Assembly: GCA_002424095.1 (NCBI GenBank) | Contig: DIPL01000020.1 | Span: 10,189-65,807, forward strand | DNA: 55,619 nt | From: Christensenella sp. UBA5489 | GTDB taxonomy: Bacteria; Bacillota; Clostridia; Christensenellales; UBA1242 | Direction of reading: 5' to 3' | In this document: positions 1 through 9,563 of the stretch, piece after piece | How the letters are laid out: every line of letters starts with the position of its first letter | Position numbering within the stretch: the first letter of the stretch is position 1 | Translations under genes and position numbers: made by a program | The notes under the pieces: generated by a model | Database searches by the model: none | What the model was told of the DNA's origin: nothing | Seen by the model: only the letters and a program-made list of their open reading frames with translations

Positions 1-1293
1 CTATTTAATTCTATCGCTTAATTTTCTTTCAAAAACATTTTGTCCTAGTTTCTTTGTTCTCTTTGCCCAGAAATTAGGTAATTTTAATTGTTCAAGATTA
101 ATTTCTTTTACGGAGGTGTTTTTCGCTAAATATTCGCTCGTAAATTTATTAATCAATTTTTCCTCTTTTTTACTGCATTTAGCAGAAAATTCAATCAGTT
201 TTTCAAGAGTTGCATTTTTGTTTTTTAGTTTATTGTCTCCTTCAATAAATTCACGTTCAAGTTCACGTGCCGCTTTGAGCCAATCATCAAGATTGACAAG
301 CCCGCCGTAAATTGCTCTATTAAACTTTTCTCTTTTCAGCCAATAGTCTAAACTGCTTGCTTCATCTGTAAAACAAGGTGGAATGACAAAACTTTCCAAA
401 CGGTCAAAATAAAGCGGTTTAAAAATCGACAAGCACGGAGTTGAACTGCCTGTTATCCATACCGTTATAAAATCATCTTTCACACTTGCCAACATACTGC
501 CTGTTGTATGGTCGCCTAAAAATCCTGCGTGCATACAAATACTTCGAACACTTCCTTTGTGTATACACTTTTTTTGATTTGTTGCATGCTGTCTTAAAAT
601 ATTAAAATAGTTTGATAAATCATATTCTTCAATTTCTTTTAATTTCTCACTTCCTATTTTCATTCTGTTTTTAGAACCTGAAAAGAAAGTGAAAATCGGC
701 TCAGAAAAACGCCTTGTAAAATGTGCTTTTATTGATGAATCTGAAACATTTTCATCAAGCGAAAGTCTGTTGGAAATATTCGCACAATTCTCTGCTTTTT
801 TAACCGCATAATCTCTTCCTGCTGTTTCCAAAATATATGCTTCGTTTTTATCTGAAATTAAATATGAGTTATCATAATAAAATTCGTGGTCAAAGCCACA
901 ATTTCCGCCCTGCCCAAATTCTTTTAATAAACTTATAATTTCATCAACGGCAATGCGAGCGGTTTTACTACGTTCAAGGGCAAGTCTAACAAAATCCATT
1001 CCAATAAGTGATTGAATTTTTTTAGTTTTTGTTTTTGTAAAAACGGCTTCGTTGCCAACGCACACGCCGAATTCATTAACGCCCATTTCAGCACCCCAAG
1101 TCCACGAAGGTTTGACAAGTAACACGGCATAATGTTTCTTTTTGTCGGGAATTTTAATATACGTACATTCAACTTCACCACGTGCCTTTTCCGCAGGAAA
1201 AAAGACGCAAAGATTTGGTTCGTTTGCCGCTCTATCGCTGTTTTTCAAAAAAATTGAAAAGCCATCTTTTTTTTGCCATAGTGTATCACACAT
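1..1293 (-). CDS. Ntn (Cys2) hydrolase, peptidase C69 / secernin-like dipeptidase family
   Basis: 430-aa ORF starting MCDT (Cys right after Met, as in N-terminal-nucleophile hydrolases). NEFGVCVGNEA and GGNCGFD blocks resemble C69 dipeptidases. SD GAGAGG lies 6 nt before the ATG. The TAG stop is at nt 1-3, so the CDS is complete. Confidence 0.6.
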   Translation of the reverse strand: MCDTLWQKKDGFSIFLKNSDRAANEPNLCVFFPAEKARGEVECTYIKIPDKKKHYAVLLVKPSWTWGAEMGVNEFGVCVGNEAVFTKTKTKKIQSLIGMDFVRLALERSKTARIAVDEIISLLKEFGQGGNCGFDHEFYYDNSYLISDKNEAYILETAGRDYAVKKAENCANISNRLSLDENVSDSSIKAHFTRRFSEPIFTFFSGSKNRMKIGSEKLKEIEEYDLSNYFNILRQHATNQKKCIHKGSVRSICMHAGFLGDHTTGSMLASVKDDFITVWITGSSTPCLSIFKPLYFDRLESFVIPPCFTDEASSLDYWLKREKFNRAIYGGLVNLDDWLKAARELEREFIEGDNKLKNKNATLEKLIEFSAKCSKKEEKLINKFTSEYLAKNTSVKEINLEQLKLPNFWAKRTKKLGQNVFERKLSDRIK

Positions 1294-1457
1294 AAAAAAC
1301 CTCTCAAAAATGATATTTTTTAAATAAAAATTACCTACAAATTTTCTATGTTTGTTTCATTCTTATTAAGAATATATCATATTTCAAGAAGTAATCAAAA
1401 TAATTTTCTAATTATTAAAATCTTTACAAAATTTTTATTAATTAAAATATTTCAAAA

Positions 1458-1850
1458 TTATAAAATATTGTCTAACGCAATGCCCATAACTTGTCTATAA
1501 CTATCGGTAAAATATAAGATTTGTGCTAAACTTGCCTTAAAATCTGTTGTGTCATTTTCCACAATATATATTTTCATTTTTGTAATTTCAACACCAATTT
1601 CTTCTATATCTTTATAATTGACCAAAAAACAGAAGTTTAATTCATAACTATCCCATTCTTTTTCCATATCTTCAACAAGTTCATAAATTTCCGTTGTGTT
1701 AATATCTTCCTTGCCCTCGACAACGTCTATGATATTATAAACTTTTTCTTCCATCGTGGAAAGATAAGCCTCGACCATAACTTGCTCCCAAACGCAAACA
1801 CCTGCCAAAAGTACTATAATTATAAGGATGTAAACAAGTCTATTATTCAT
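1458..1850 (-). CDS. DUF4363-like small membrane-anchored protein
   Basis: 130 aa with an N-terminal TM helix. The helical body ending ...LDNIL matches my memory of clostridial DUF4363 proteins that sit next to DUF421 genes. Its ATG overlaps the upstream stop (TAATG). Confidence 0.55.
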   Translation of the reverse strand: MNNRLVYILIIIVLLAGVCVWEQVMVEAYLSTMEEKVYNIIDVVEGKEDINTTEIYELVEDMEKEWDSYELNFCFLVNYKDIEEIGVEITKMKIYIVENDTTDFKASLAQILYFTDSYRQVMGIALDNIL

Positions 1851-2569
1851 TATGTTAAATTTTCTCCTTTATAATTTATATCAAAAACTTTATAAGGTTG
1901 ATTTTTGGCTTGAATATAAATGTTTCCTGTTTTATTTATTGATAAAATCAAAATATCTTTTATGTTTTCAATATCCGCTTTTTTCATTATCTCTTCAATG
2001 TCTGATATCGAAAGTTCAGCCTTTTCAAGATTTTCTTTCATCACTTTTCCGCCGGCAATCAGCGAAATAGAAACTTGACTTTCTTCAACGTCAAGATTTA
2101 AAGAACGATTTTCAACAGGAGAAAAAGCAGATTTAGGCAAAATACTTATTGAACCGTTCGTTTCCATAATAGCATATTGAATTTCTTGCAAATCAAAATA
2201 GCCAAGTGCTCGCATTGCTTCAAAAAGGTCATCCATTGTTACATCGAGTTTTTGAAGTGCCTTGAAGTCAACGCCGTTCGGATTTACTATAATAACTGGT
2301 TTTCCGCTGATAAACTGGCTCACTTTGGTACTTTTCATTGAAATTATAGTTAAAAAATAATGCACCACGACAAGTGTCAAAAGTGGCACTACGCCGTGCA
2401 TTATAGGAACAGCCGCTTCGGTCATCGGAATTGTGGCAAGGTCGGCAATAATTAATGTTAAAACAAGTTCAAATGGTTGCATTTGTCCAATTTGTCTTTT
2501 TCCCATTAACCGAAAAACCAACAGCACAAGTAAATATATAACCGTCGCTCTTATTATTAGTGTTAACAT
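1850..2569 (-). CDS. YetF/DUF421 family membrane protein
   Basis: 239 aa. The N-terminal block RATVIYLLVLLVFRLMGKRQIGQMQPFELVLTLIIADLA is typical of YetF/YdfS-type DUF421 proteins, followed by a soluble C-terminal domain. Confidence 0.75.
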   Translation of the reverse strand: MLTLIIRATVIYLLVLLVFRLMGKRQIGQMQPFELVLTLIIADLATIPMTEAAVPIMHGVVPLLTLVVVHYFLTIISMKSTKVSQFISGKPVIIVNPNGVDFKALQKLDVTMDDLFEAMRALGYFDLQEIQYAIMETNGSISILPKSAFSPVENRSLNLDVEESQVSISLIAGGKVMKENLEKAELSISDIEEIMKKADIENIKDILILSINKTGNIYIQAKNQPYKVFDINYKGENLT

Positions 2570-2612
2570 AATTATATTATGTTTTATTTATTGAAAATTA
2601 TTATATTTTTAT

Positions 2613-3554
2613 TTACACTCTTATTCTTAAAAATTTTAATATTGTTTCCTTATATTCTTTTTCGTATGCAGGTAAACACTCTGCGTGTCCGGCCTTTGAA
2701 AAAGATTTTTTATGTCGTAAATGCTTTGGTGTTGCAGAATATAATTTATTTATCATTTCATAAGGCACAACTCGGTCATCTTTGCCGTGTATAAACAAAA
2801 TCGGAACTTTACATTTTGGAAGTTGTTTAATGCTGTCGGCTTCTTTTAATGAATAACCGCATCTCAGTTTTGCATAATCATTAAACAACATCATTGTCAA
2901 CCAAAAAGGAATCGGCACAATATTACTTATAAAAAATTTAAACTCATCGTATACATTTGTATATCCACAATCAGAAATTAAGTGTGTTACATTTTTGGGA
3001 AGTTTTTCGCCTGATAGCATACAAACCGTTGCTCCACCCATTGAAAGACCAAATATAATAATTTCACAGTCATCACCAAACTTCTGTATAACTTTATCAA
3101 TAATTTTAAGAATATCCAATCTATCAAGCCAACCCATACCAACATAATCACCTTCGCTCTCGCCGTGTCCTAAATTTTGAGTTACAACTAAATTATAGCC
3201 AAACTCTAAAAACATTTCAGCATATTTATTCATTTCAACGTATCTTGCGAAATAGCCGTGAATTACAATTGCAACTTTTTTCGAATCATTCACTTTTAAA
3301 AATAAGGGATATAGTTTTGCGTTGTTATGACCAATTACACAAACTTTTTTAAAATCATATTTTTTCCACCAATCGTAGTCCATTTTATAAAGTTTTGCAG
3401 CAATTGCATCTATTTCATAATTGACAACTTTTTCGGCAATTGAACGTCTTTTTAAACAAAGACGATAGCAAATCTCGCCTATTGTTAAATATAAAAAAAG
3501 CATTACAAAAATTACTATGGCAATTATTAAAATCAAAATTTCCACAAAGCCCAT
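2613..3554 (-). CDS. alpha/beta hydrolase with N-terminal membrane anchor
   Basis: 313 aa. It has an N-terminal TM helix, the nucleophile elbow GLSMGG, a HGKDDRVVP acid loop and a late GHAE His. SD GGAG lies 6 nt before the ATG. Confidence 0.75.
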   Translation of the reverse strand: MGFVEILILIIAIVIFVMLFLYLTIGEICYRLCLKRRSIAEKVVNYEIDAIAAKLYKMDYDWWKKYDFKKVCVIGHNNAKLYPLFLKVNDSKKVAIVIHGYFARYVEMNKYAEMFLEFGYNLVVTQNLGHGESEGDYVGMGWLDRLDILKIIDKVIQKFGDDCEIIIFGLSMGGATVCMLSGEKLPKNVTHLISDCGYTNVYDEFKFFISNIVPIPFWLTMMLFNDYAKLRCGYSLKEADSIKQLPKCKVPILFIHGKDDRVVPYEMINKLYSATPKHLRHKKSFSKAGHAECLPAYEKEYKETILKFLRIRV

Positions 3555-3566
3555 TCAATTCTCCAT

Positions 3567-4286
3567 TTATCCTATTTCTTCTTTTTTCTCTTCTTTTCTT
3601 TTTTTTCGGGATTTTTTTCCGCCGATGTTTTTTAATTTATCCATAAGATTTATTTTATTTTCTTTTCCGATTAACAATCTAAATATATTTTGCCTGTGCA
3701 TAAACCAAGCCAAAAAGAATAAGACAAATAATAATATTTTAAGTATAAGCGTTTCTGTCGTTGTGTAAGGTGATGCATTAATTCTATATGCTTCAAATAA
3801 AGTTAATGATGTTATGAGAATAAAAGAACCTATTGCTCCGTAATCAAACAGCAATAAATAAAAGAAAACGCCGACAAGGACAATTAATGTTATGAGCGGA
3901 TGAGCGACTAAAAAAATTCCAAGCATACAGGCAATTCCTTTGCCACCTTTAAAGTTATATAGAACTGGAAAATTGTGTCCGAGAACAGCCGCAAGACCAG
4001 CCGAATACAAAGCAATATAAGCAAGTGCTTCGCCGCCTGTTCCGCCAAAGATGAAGAAACCCGCAGCGGAGGGAATTGCTCCTTTCAGAGCGTCCAAAAC
4101 AAGTGTTAAAAAGCCCATTTTAAAGCCAAACGTACGTAGCATATTTGTCATTCCAGGATTTCCGCTTCCCTGTTTTGTTATATCAATGTTTTTTTTCGAA
4201 GCGAGAATACGTGAAGGACTGAAATTTCCAATAAAATATGATGCAATAATTAATATTATAAATATAATTATTTGAAAAATACTCAT
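3567..4286 (-). CDS. plsY: glycerol-3-phosphate acyltransferase PlsY (with basic C-terminal extension)
   Basis: GSGNPGMTNMLRTFG and HNFPVLYNFKGGKG signature blocks. SD AGGAG precedes the start. There are about 35 extra K/R/E-rich residues at the C-terminus. Confidence 0.9.
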   Translation of the reverse strand: MSIFQIIIFIILIIASYFIGNFSPSRILASKKNIDITKQGSGNPGMTNMLRTFGFKMGFLTLVLDALKGAIPSAAGFFIFGGTGGEALAYIALYSAGLAAVLGHNFPVLYNFKGGKGIACMLGIFLVAHPLITLIVLVGVFFYLLLFDYGAIGSFILITSLTLFEAYRINASPYTTTETLILKILLFVLFFLAWFMHRQNIFRLLIGKENKINLMDKLKNIGGKKSRKKRKEEKKEEIG

Positions 4287-4337
4287 AAAATCTCCTAAAA
4301 ATTTTATAACAAAATCTTATAATTGATATTATACTTA

Positions 4338-5687
4338 TCATTCTGATTTTGGTTCGCTACGTTTATAGCCACCAGCAACGCCAGTTTGCTTTATAATAAA
4401 TTTTATAGGTGTTCCTGAAAAATCTGCGGCTCTTCGGAAATAGTTTTCAAGATAACGCAAATATGAAAAATGTATAAGTTCTTCATCGTTTACAAATAAT
4501 GCAAACGTTGGCGGATATACGCTGACTTGCGTTATATATTTGACTTTTAAGCGACGATTTTTTCGCATTGGCGGTTCATTTTCCAAAATTGCACTTGCTA
4601 AAAGATTATTCAATACTCCTGTTTTTATTCTTCTTCCAGCATTTTTTAAAACTTTATCAACTTCAACCATTATTTCACCGAAGCGCTTTCCTGTTTTCGC
4701 CGAAATATATAAAGATTTAAAGTAATTCATAAATTTTAATTTTTCACTTAATATTTTATTAAACTGATTTATTGTCTTATCGTCTTTTTCTATGATGTCC
4801 CATTTATTCATTATAATCAGCGACGGTTTTCCTTCTTCATGCACAAGTCCGGCAATTCGAACATCTTGCTCCGTAGCACCTTCTTCGGCATCAAAAACAA
4901 CCAGCACAACATCGGCACGGCGAATGGCTTCAATTGCACGCAAGGCGGAATAATGTTCGATTCCTTGATTTTCATAAGCACTTTTTTTTCTCAAACCTGC
5001 CGTATCAACAATTGTATAATCTTTTTTGTTATACTTGAACTTGCTGTCAATGGCATCACGTGTTGTTCCTGCAATATCACTCACCATAACACGTTCTTCG
5101 CCTAAAATACGGTTCACAATCGAACTTTTGCCAACGTTCGGACGACCAACCACAGCAATTTTAATCGAATTGTCTTCAACAATTTCTTCACTTTTCGGCA
5201 AAAATTTCACAATCTCATCTAAAACATCTCCTAAGCCTTTCGCTTGCTTAACAGAAATAGGATGTGGCTCTCCAAGTCCGAGTTCATAAAAATCATAAGT
5301 TTTTTCGACTTCAAAATTATCAAGTTTATTGACTGCCAAAACAATATTTTTTTTACTTATTCTCAATAAATCTGCAATTTCCTTATCGCTGTTACTTATC
5401 CCGTCTTTTCCGTCAACTAAAAAGACAATAACATCTGCAAGTTCAATGGCAATTTCGGCTTGTCTGAAAATGTTTTTTTGAAAACCATCTTCGCTTTTAG
5501 CATCTAACCCACCCGTATCGACAAGTGTAAAAGCATAGCCACACCATTCAGCATCGCCGTAAATTCTATCACGTGTAACTCCGGGAGTTGCGTCAATAAT
5601 ACTTATTCTTTTACCAACTATATAGTTAAAAAACGAACTTTTTCCGACATTTGGTCTTCCTATTATTGCAACAAGTGGTTTTCTCAA
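4338..5687 (-). CDS. der: ribosome-biogenesis GTPase Der (EngA)
   Basis: Two tandem GTPase domains (GRPNVGKSS twice, DTGG/DTAG, NKxD) plus a KH-like C-terminal domain. I place the start at TTG 5687 (LRKPLVAIIGRPNVGKSS), preceded by AAAGGAG with a 7-nt spacer. The ORF-track start at 5759 falls inside the putative -35 box. Confidence 0.93.
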   Translation of the reverse strand: MRKPLVAIIGRPNVGKSSFFNYIVGKRISIIDATPGVTRDRIYGDAEWCGYAFTLVDTGGLDAKSEDGFQKNIFRQAEIAIELADVIVFLVDGKDGISNSDKEIADLLRISKKNIVLAVNKLDNFEVEKTYDFYELGLGEPHPISVKQAKGLGDVLDEIVKFLPKSEEIVEDNSIKIAVVGRPNVGKSSIVNRILGEERVMVSDIAGTTRDAIDSKFKYNKKDYTIVDTAGLRKKSAYENQGIEHYSALRAIEAIRRADVVLVVFDAEEGATEQDVRIAGLVHEEGKPSLIIMNKWDIIEKDDKTINQFNKILSEKLKFMNYFKSLYISAKTGKRFGEIMVEVDKVLKNAGRRIKTGVLNNLLASAILENEPPMRKNRRLKVKYITQVSVYPPTFALFVNDEELIHFSYLRYLENYFRRAADFSGTPIKFIIKQTGVAGGYKRSEPKSE

Positions 5688-5730
5688 TTTTTTCTCCTTT
5701 CTGTCTGTTTTTTCAAACACTATTAAAAAT

Positions 5731-5759
5731 ATAATATCATAACCGCATTTTAAAATCAA
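5731..5759 (-). promoter_or_regulatory. sigma-A-like promoter for der-plsY operon
   Basis: On the minus strand: TTGATT, 17 nt, TATTAT. It lies about 40 nt upstream of the TTG start. Confidence 0.4.
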
Positions 5760-5797
5760 GAATTTTGTCTCTTTAAAAAATCAAATCCACGAGAAAC

Positions 5798-5826
5798 TTG
5801 ACATAATAAAATATAGATAGTAAAAT
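5798..5826 (+). promoter_or_regulatory. sigma-A-like promoter upstream of protease / mreB-like genes
   Basis: TTGACA, 17 nt, TAAAAT on the plus strand, about 170 nt upstream of ATG 5998. Confidence 0.4.
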
Positions 5827-5997
5827 ATTAAGAAAGTATATATTTTTGAAAAATTGAGCAAAAATATATATAATGATTGACAATTAAACATATTTTACGC
5901 ATTACATAAATATTATTATATTTTTCATTTAATATTAAAAAAATCTTTAAAATCTTTAAGAATTCAGTAATAACTTTATAAGTTTAAAAAGGAAATT

Positions 5998-7092
5998 ATG
6001 AAAACAAGAAATTTTATTGCCGTTTTTGCAGTTTTTATGATTGCTATAATGCTTGGTGGTTGCAATGCTCCAATTAACGTGAACACTTCCACTGACCGTG
6101 CCGATATGGTTGAACAATATCTCGAAGCATCCGTTACGGTTATTGCAAAAGGCTCTTATAATTCAACAGGCAGTGGTATTGCAATTCACTCGGGCGGATA
6201 TATTGCCACGAACTATCACGTGGTTGACGATGTTATAGAAAATCCTGAAACCGGAACAGTTAGCATAGAAAAAATTGTCGATGGACAATTTAAGTCATAT
6301 GATGCAACGATTTTATGGTATAATGAAGATTTTGATTTAGCAGTAATTCGCAGTTCTTACAGAAATATTCCATATGTAAAAATGGAAGATAGATGGATTG
6401 ATTCCGCAAATCCTCTTAGATATACCGAAGAAGTTTGGGCTTTGGGCACACCTATTCACCGAAGTTTATATGGAACATATTCACAAGGATATATATCTTG
6501 CGCAAAACCTAATTTGCCTCGAATTTCACAAGAATCAGGAAGTGGAAGAATATATGAACATTTAATTCAACATACGGCGGCAATAAGCAGTGGTTCAAGC
6601 GGTGGCGGTCTTTTTGATGCCGAAGGAAATTTATTGGGCTTAAATTCATTGTCAGTTGTTTCAGGTTCAGGCACAGCAAACGACCTTTATTTTGCAACGC
6701 CAATTTATCCTCTTATTAACATAATTTCGGAAATTGCTGAATTGCACGAAGATGGAGACCCCGACACAAACTATCGCTTTCCGAGTATTAATGCTGAATT
6801 CGTAGACAGAGAGACTGATGATTATGAGTCATTTACTAAATTGGGCGTTCTGATTGAAAGCGTTGACCTCTTTGGAGTATCATTTAATAAACTCCTTGAA
6901 GATGATATAATAGTAGGAATTCGAGGAGTTGACATCGACTCTAAATATTATGAAGTTAATTTAAGGAACGATTTTCTCTATGCTCTTTCAAATTTTCAGC
7001 AAGGTGAAGCTGTAAAAATAACTGTTTTAAGAAAAGATATTGAAGAAGTTGTTACTATTTGCTTAGGTATAGATGAAGCATTTTGGGTATAG
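5998..7092 (+). CDS. lipoprotein trypsin-like serine protease (S1C, HtrA/DegP-like) with PDZ-like C-terminus
   Basis: Signal peptide ending in the lipobox-like MLGGC. Catalytic triad contexts are TNYHVV (His), DLAVI (Asp) and GSSGGGLF (Ser). Confidence 0.8.
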   Translation: MKTRNFIAVFAVFMIAIMLGGCNAPINVNTSTDRADMVEQYLEASVTVIAKGSYNSTGSGIAIHSGGYIATNYHVVDDVIENPETGTVSIEKIVDGQFKSYDATILWYNEDFDLAVIRSSYRNIPYVKMEDRWIDSANPLRYTEEVWALGTPIHRSLYGTYSQGYISCAKPNLPRISQESGSGRIYEHLIQHTAAISSGSSGGGLFDAEGNLLGLNSLSVVSGSGTANDLYFATPIYPLINIISEIAELHEDGDPDTNYRFPSINAEFVDRETDDYESFTKLGVLIESVDLFGVSFNKLLEDDIIVGIRGVDIDSKYYEVNLRNDFLYALSNFQQGEAVKITVLRKDIEEVVTICLGIDEAFWV

Positions 7093-7115
7093 AGAAAAAA
7101 TAAACAATAAAAAAA

Positions 7116-7141
7116 ACAAAAACAATAAACAAAAACAATAA
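7116..7141 (+). repeat. perfect 13-bp tandem duplication ACAAAAACAATAA x2 in an A/C-rich spacer
   Basis: Read directly: copies at 7116-7128 and 7129-7141, with a partial copy upstream. The whole 61-nt spacer is almost free of G. Confidence 0.8.
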
Positions 7142-7153
7142 CAAAGGAAAAAT

Positions 7154-8167
7154 ATGAAGATTAATATCGGCGTTGACTTCGGCGGCAGTTTTGTTTCAAT
7201 ATGTAAAAAAGGCGAAGGAATTGTCTTTAAAGAACCGTCGCTTATTTCTGTTAAAGGTGGAAATTCAAACTATGAAATTACCGCCGTTGGAAATGAAGCG
7301 AAAAAAAATCAAAATCAAATTCTTGAAGATATTTTGGTTTTCGCTCCGCTTTCGGAAGGAATTATCAAAAGCATCGACTATGCCGTATATTATTTGAATT
7401 ATGCTTTATCTAAAACTTTTAAAAACGTTCCCTTTCGTAAATTTTCAATTCTTATGGCGGTTCCGTGCGGAATTTCTCCCGAGGAAGAAGAAAAATATAA
7501 TTTAATATGCAAGAAAACTGGCATAAGAAAATCTAAAATGGTAAAGGGCGTTTTTTGTTCTTATTCGGCACAAGATATATTTTTGGCGGACGGAATTTTA
7601 TGCCCGAAAAATCAATCAAATGTTTCAGCCCATAAAAATGTAGGTCCCAAAATGATAATTGATGTCGGCGGAGCAAAAACAGATGTTGCTGTTATCGACA
7701 ACGGCACACTTCTTATTGGCACAACACTTGGAATTGGTGGCAATGCAATTGATAATTCAATAATTAATGAAGTTGAGAAAAAGTATAAAATAGGAATTGA
7801 TGAATCAATTGCAGAAACGATAAAAAACAATATCGGAAGTCTTTATCAAAATGATACATTGACAATTGAGATTGTTGGGCTAGACATCGAAAGTCAAAGT
7901 CCACGCAATTGCATTATATATTCAAAAGATATTCGAACTTGTCTATTGCCATATTTTATGGAAATTGCAAAAGTTGTAAAAGCAACGTTGGCAGAACTTC
8001 CACAATCCATCGCTGAAAAAATTATCCGCAATAGGGCACTTTTAACCGGCGGAGTTATGGGTATAAGCGGTGTTGAAAGATTTTTATCAAAAGAAGTCGG
8101 CATAAAATGCGAAATTAGCGAAAATAATGAAAACAGTGTGATTTTAGGTTTATTAAAAAATCTTTAA
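7154..8167 (+). CDS. divergent MreB/Mbl-family actin-like protein
   Basis: Collinear with MreB: IGVDFGGS (phosphate-1), EPSLISV, APLSEGII, IIDVGGAKTDVAVI (phosphate-2), GGNAID, LLTGGVMGISGV. The nucleotide-binding motifs are degenerate relative to canonical MreB. Confidence 0.7.
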   Translation: MKINIGVDFGGSFVSICKKGEGIVFKEPSLISVKGGNSNYEITAVGNEAKKNQNQILEDILVFAPLSEGIIKSIDYAVYYLNYALSKTFKNVPFRKFSILMAVPCGISPEEEEKYNLICKKTGIRKSKMVKGVFCSYSAQDIFLADGILCPKNQSNVSAHKNVGPKMIIDVGGAKTDVAVIDNGTLLIGTTLGIGGNAIDNSIINEVEKKYKIGIDESIAETIKNNIGSLYQNDTLTIEIVGLDIESQSPRNCIIYSKDIRTCLLPYFMEIAKVVKATLAELPQSIAEKIIRNRALLTGGVMGISGVERFLSKEVGIKCEISENNENSVILGLLKNL

Positions 8168-8300
8168 TTGCTATTTTATATCAATTAATTTAATTTAGAC
8201 TTTGAAAATCTTTGATTTTTAAATTTATTTTTGATTTGATTTTTCGTTTACAAAAAATAAAATACTTAAAAATAATTTATTTAGGGATTGTGTCTAAAAA

Positions 8301-8329
8301 CATACTGCTGGATAAGTATGCTTTGTTTT
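8301..8329 (+). terminator. weak intrinsic terminator after mreB-like gene
   Basis: CATACT-gctggata-AGTATG hairpin followed by CTTTGTTTT. Confidence 0.35.
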
Positions 8330-8440
8330 ACAATTTTTTATATTTTAATATCGTAAATATTTTTAAAAAACAAAAAATGACAATTTGTTCTTTTTGAATT
8401 TGTTATGTTTTATAATAAAATTTTTACGGAGAAAAAATTA

Positions 8441-9232
8441 ATGGCAAGAAAAATTGTTATAACCAGTGGAAAAGGCGGAGTCGGCAAAACAACAGTTTGC
8501 GCAAATCTCGGCGTTAAACTTGCAAATATGGGGTTTAGAGTTGTTATGCTGGATGCCGATATTGGACTTAATAATTTAGATGTCGTAATGGGTATTGAAA
8601 GCAAAATTGTCTTTGATATTTCCGATGTTGTATCCGCAAAATGTCGCTTTAAACAAGCACTTATTCAAGATGATAGATATCCAACTTTATACATAATGCC
8701 GTCTGCGCAAATAGATTGCAAAAACTCGATTTCAGGTCCTCAATTTAAAAATGTTGTAGATATGCTTTCGCCTTCCTTTGATTATATCTTAATAGACTGC
8801 CCAGCGGGAATTGAATGTGGGTTTCACAGAGCAGTTTTTTGTGCGAATGAAGCATTAATTATCGTTACGCCACACATTTCAAGCGTACGTGATGCCGACA
8901 AAGTTCTCTCCATTTTATCAAGTTATAATTTGCATAGTAAGGCACTTATTGTAAACCGTGTGCGTGGAGATATGCTTTTAAGCGGTGAAATAATTTCAGT
9001 TGAAAAGATAATTTCTTTGCTTAGAATTCCAATAATGGGAGTGATTCCAGAAGACGATGCAATTTCAACATTATCATCTCTTGGTGCATTTGCATATGGC
9101 ACAAGCGGAGCAAAAGCATTTTCAATTCTTTCCGAAAACATACATAACGGTTCTAAAAAAATTTATGATTGCACTTATAAATACCGTGGAATTGTTGGAC
9201 TTATACGGCGAAATATAAAAAAGCGTGTTTAA
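8441..9232 (+). CDS. minD: septum site-determining ATPase MinD
   Basis: Deviant Walker A SGKGGVGKTT, DCPAG, and a C-terminal amphipathic helix GLIRRNIKKRV. The start is moved to MARKIVIT (ATG 8441), with GGAG 9 nt upstream. Confidence 0.9.
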   Translation: MARKIVITSGKGGVGKTTVCANLGVKLANMGFRVVMLDADIGLNNLDVVMGIESKIVFDISDVVSAKCRFKQALIQDDRYPTLYIMPSAQIDCKNSISGPQFKNVVDMLSPSFDYILIDCPAGIECGFHRAVFCANEALIIVTPHISSVRDADKVLSILSSYNLHSKALIVNRVRGDMLLSGEIISVEKIISLLRIPIMGVIPEDDAISTLSSLGAFAYGTSGAKAFSILSENIHNGSKKIYDCTYKYRGIVGLIRRNIKKRV

Positions 9233-9268
9233 AAACTACGCTTTTAATTTATTTAAAAGGAGATTAAA

Positions 9269-9517
9269 ATGGGAATAAACGTTTCAGAAATAGGAGAAAG
9301 AAGACTCGAACAAGTTTTAGTTAAAGATAAAAAAGAAAGCCCGAAAAGAATTTGTGATTTATTAAAAAGTGATTTGAATTTTTTGTTTGAAAATTATATG
9401 GATGTTTCAAAACTTGATATGAACTTTGATGTTATAAACGGCATTTATCAAATTGATATTAAAGTTCAGGCACGAAGGCTTAAAGGTTTTGGAAGTTTAC
9501 CTTATTGGGGTGCTTGA
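9269..9517 (+). CDS. minE: MinE-like topological specificity factor lacking the usual N-terminal membrane-targeting helix
   Basis: Sits directly after minD with a strong SD (AAGGAG). ERRLEQVLVKDKK..SP....LLKSDL.....ENYMDV aligns with the clostridial MinE block (KDRLKLVLVHDR..SPE....IKGDI....SNYMEI as I recall it). Confidence 0.6.
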   Translation: MGINVSEIGERRLEQVLVKDKKESPKRICDLLKSDLNFLFENYMDVSKLDMNFDVINGIYQIDIKVQARRLKGFGSLPYWGA

Positions 9518-9563
9518 TTAATTAAATTTTAATAAAATTTGAAAATTTTCTATGATTTTTTAA

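Noticed and set aside
5688-5759. N-terminal extensions proposed by the ORF track for der (to 5759), minD (8405), ychF (38391), fmt (16639), the 48452 phosphoesterase and the 53572 ORFan
   Set aside because: In each case a downstream start matches the conserved family N-terminus and has a properly spaced SD. The extended der start lies within a -35 hexamer, and the ychF extension lies inside lepB.
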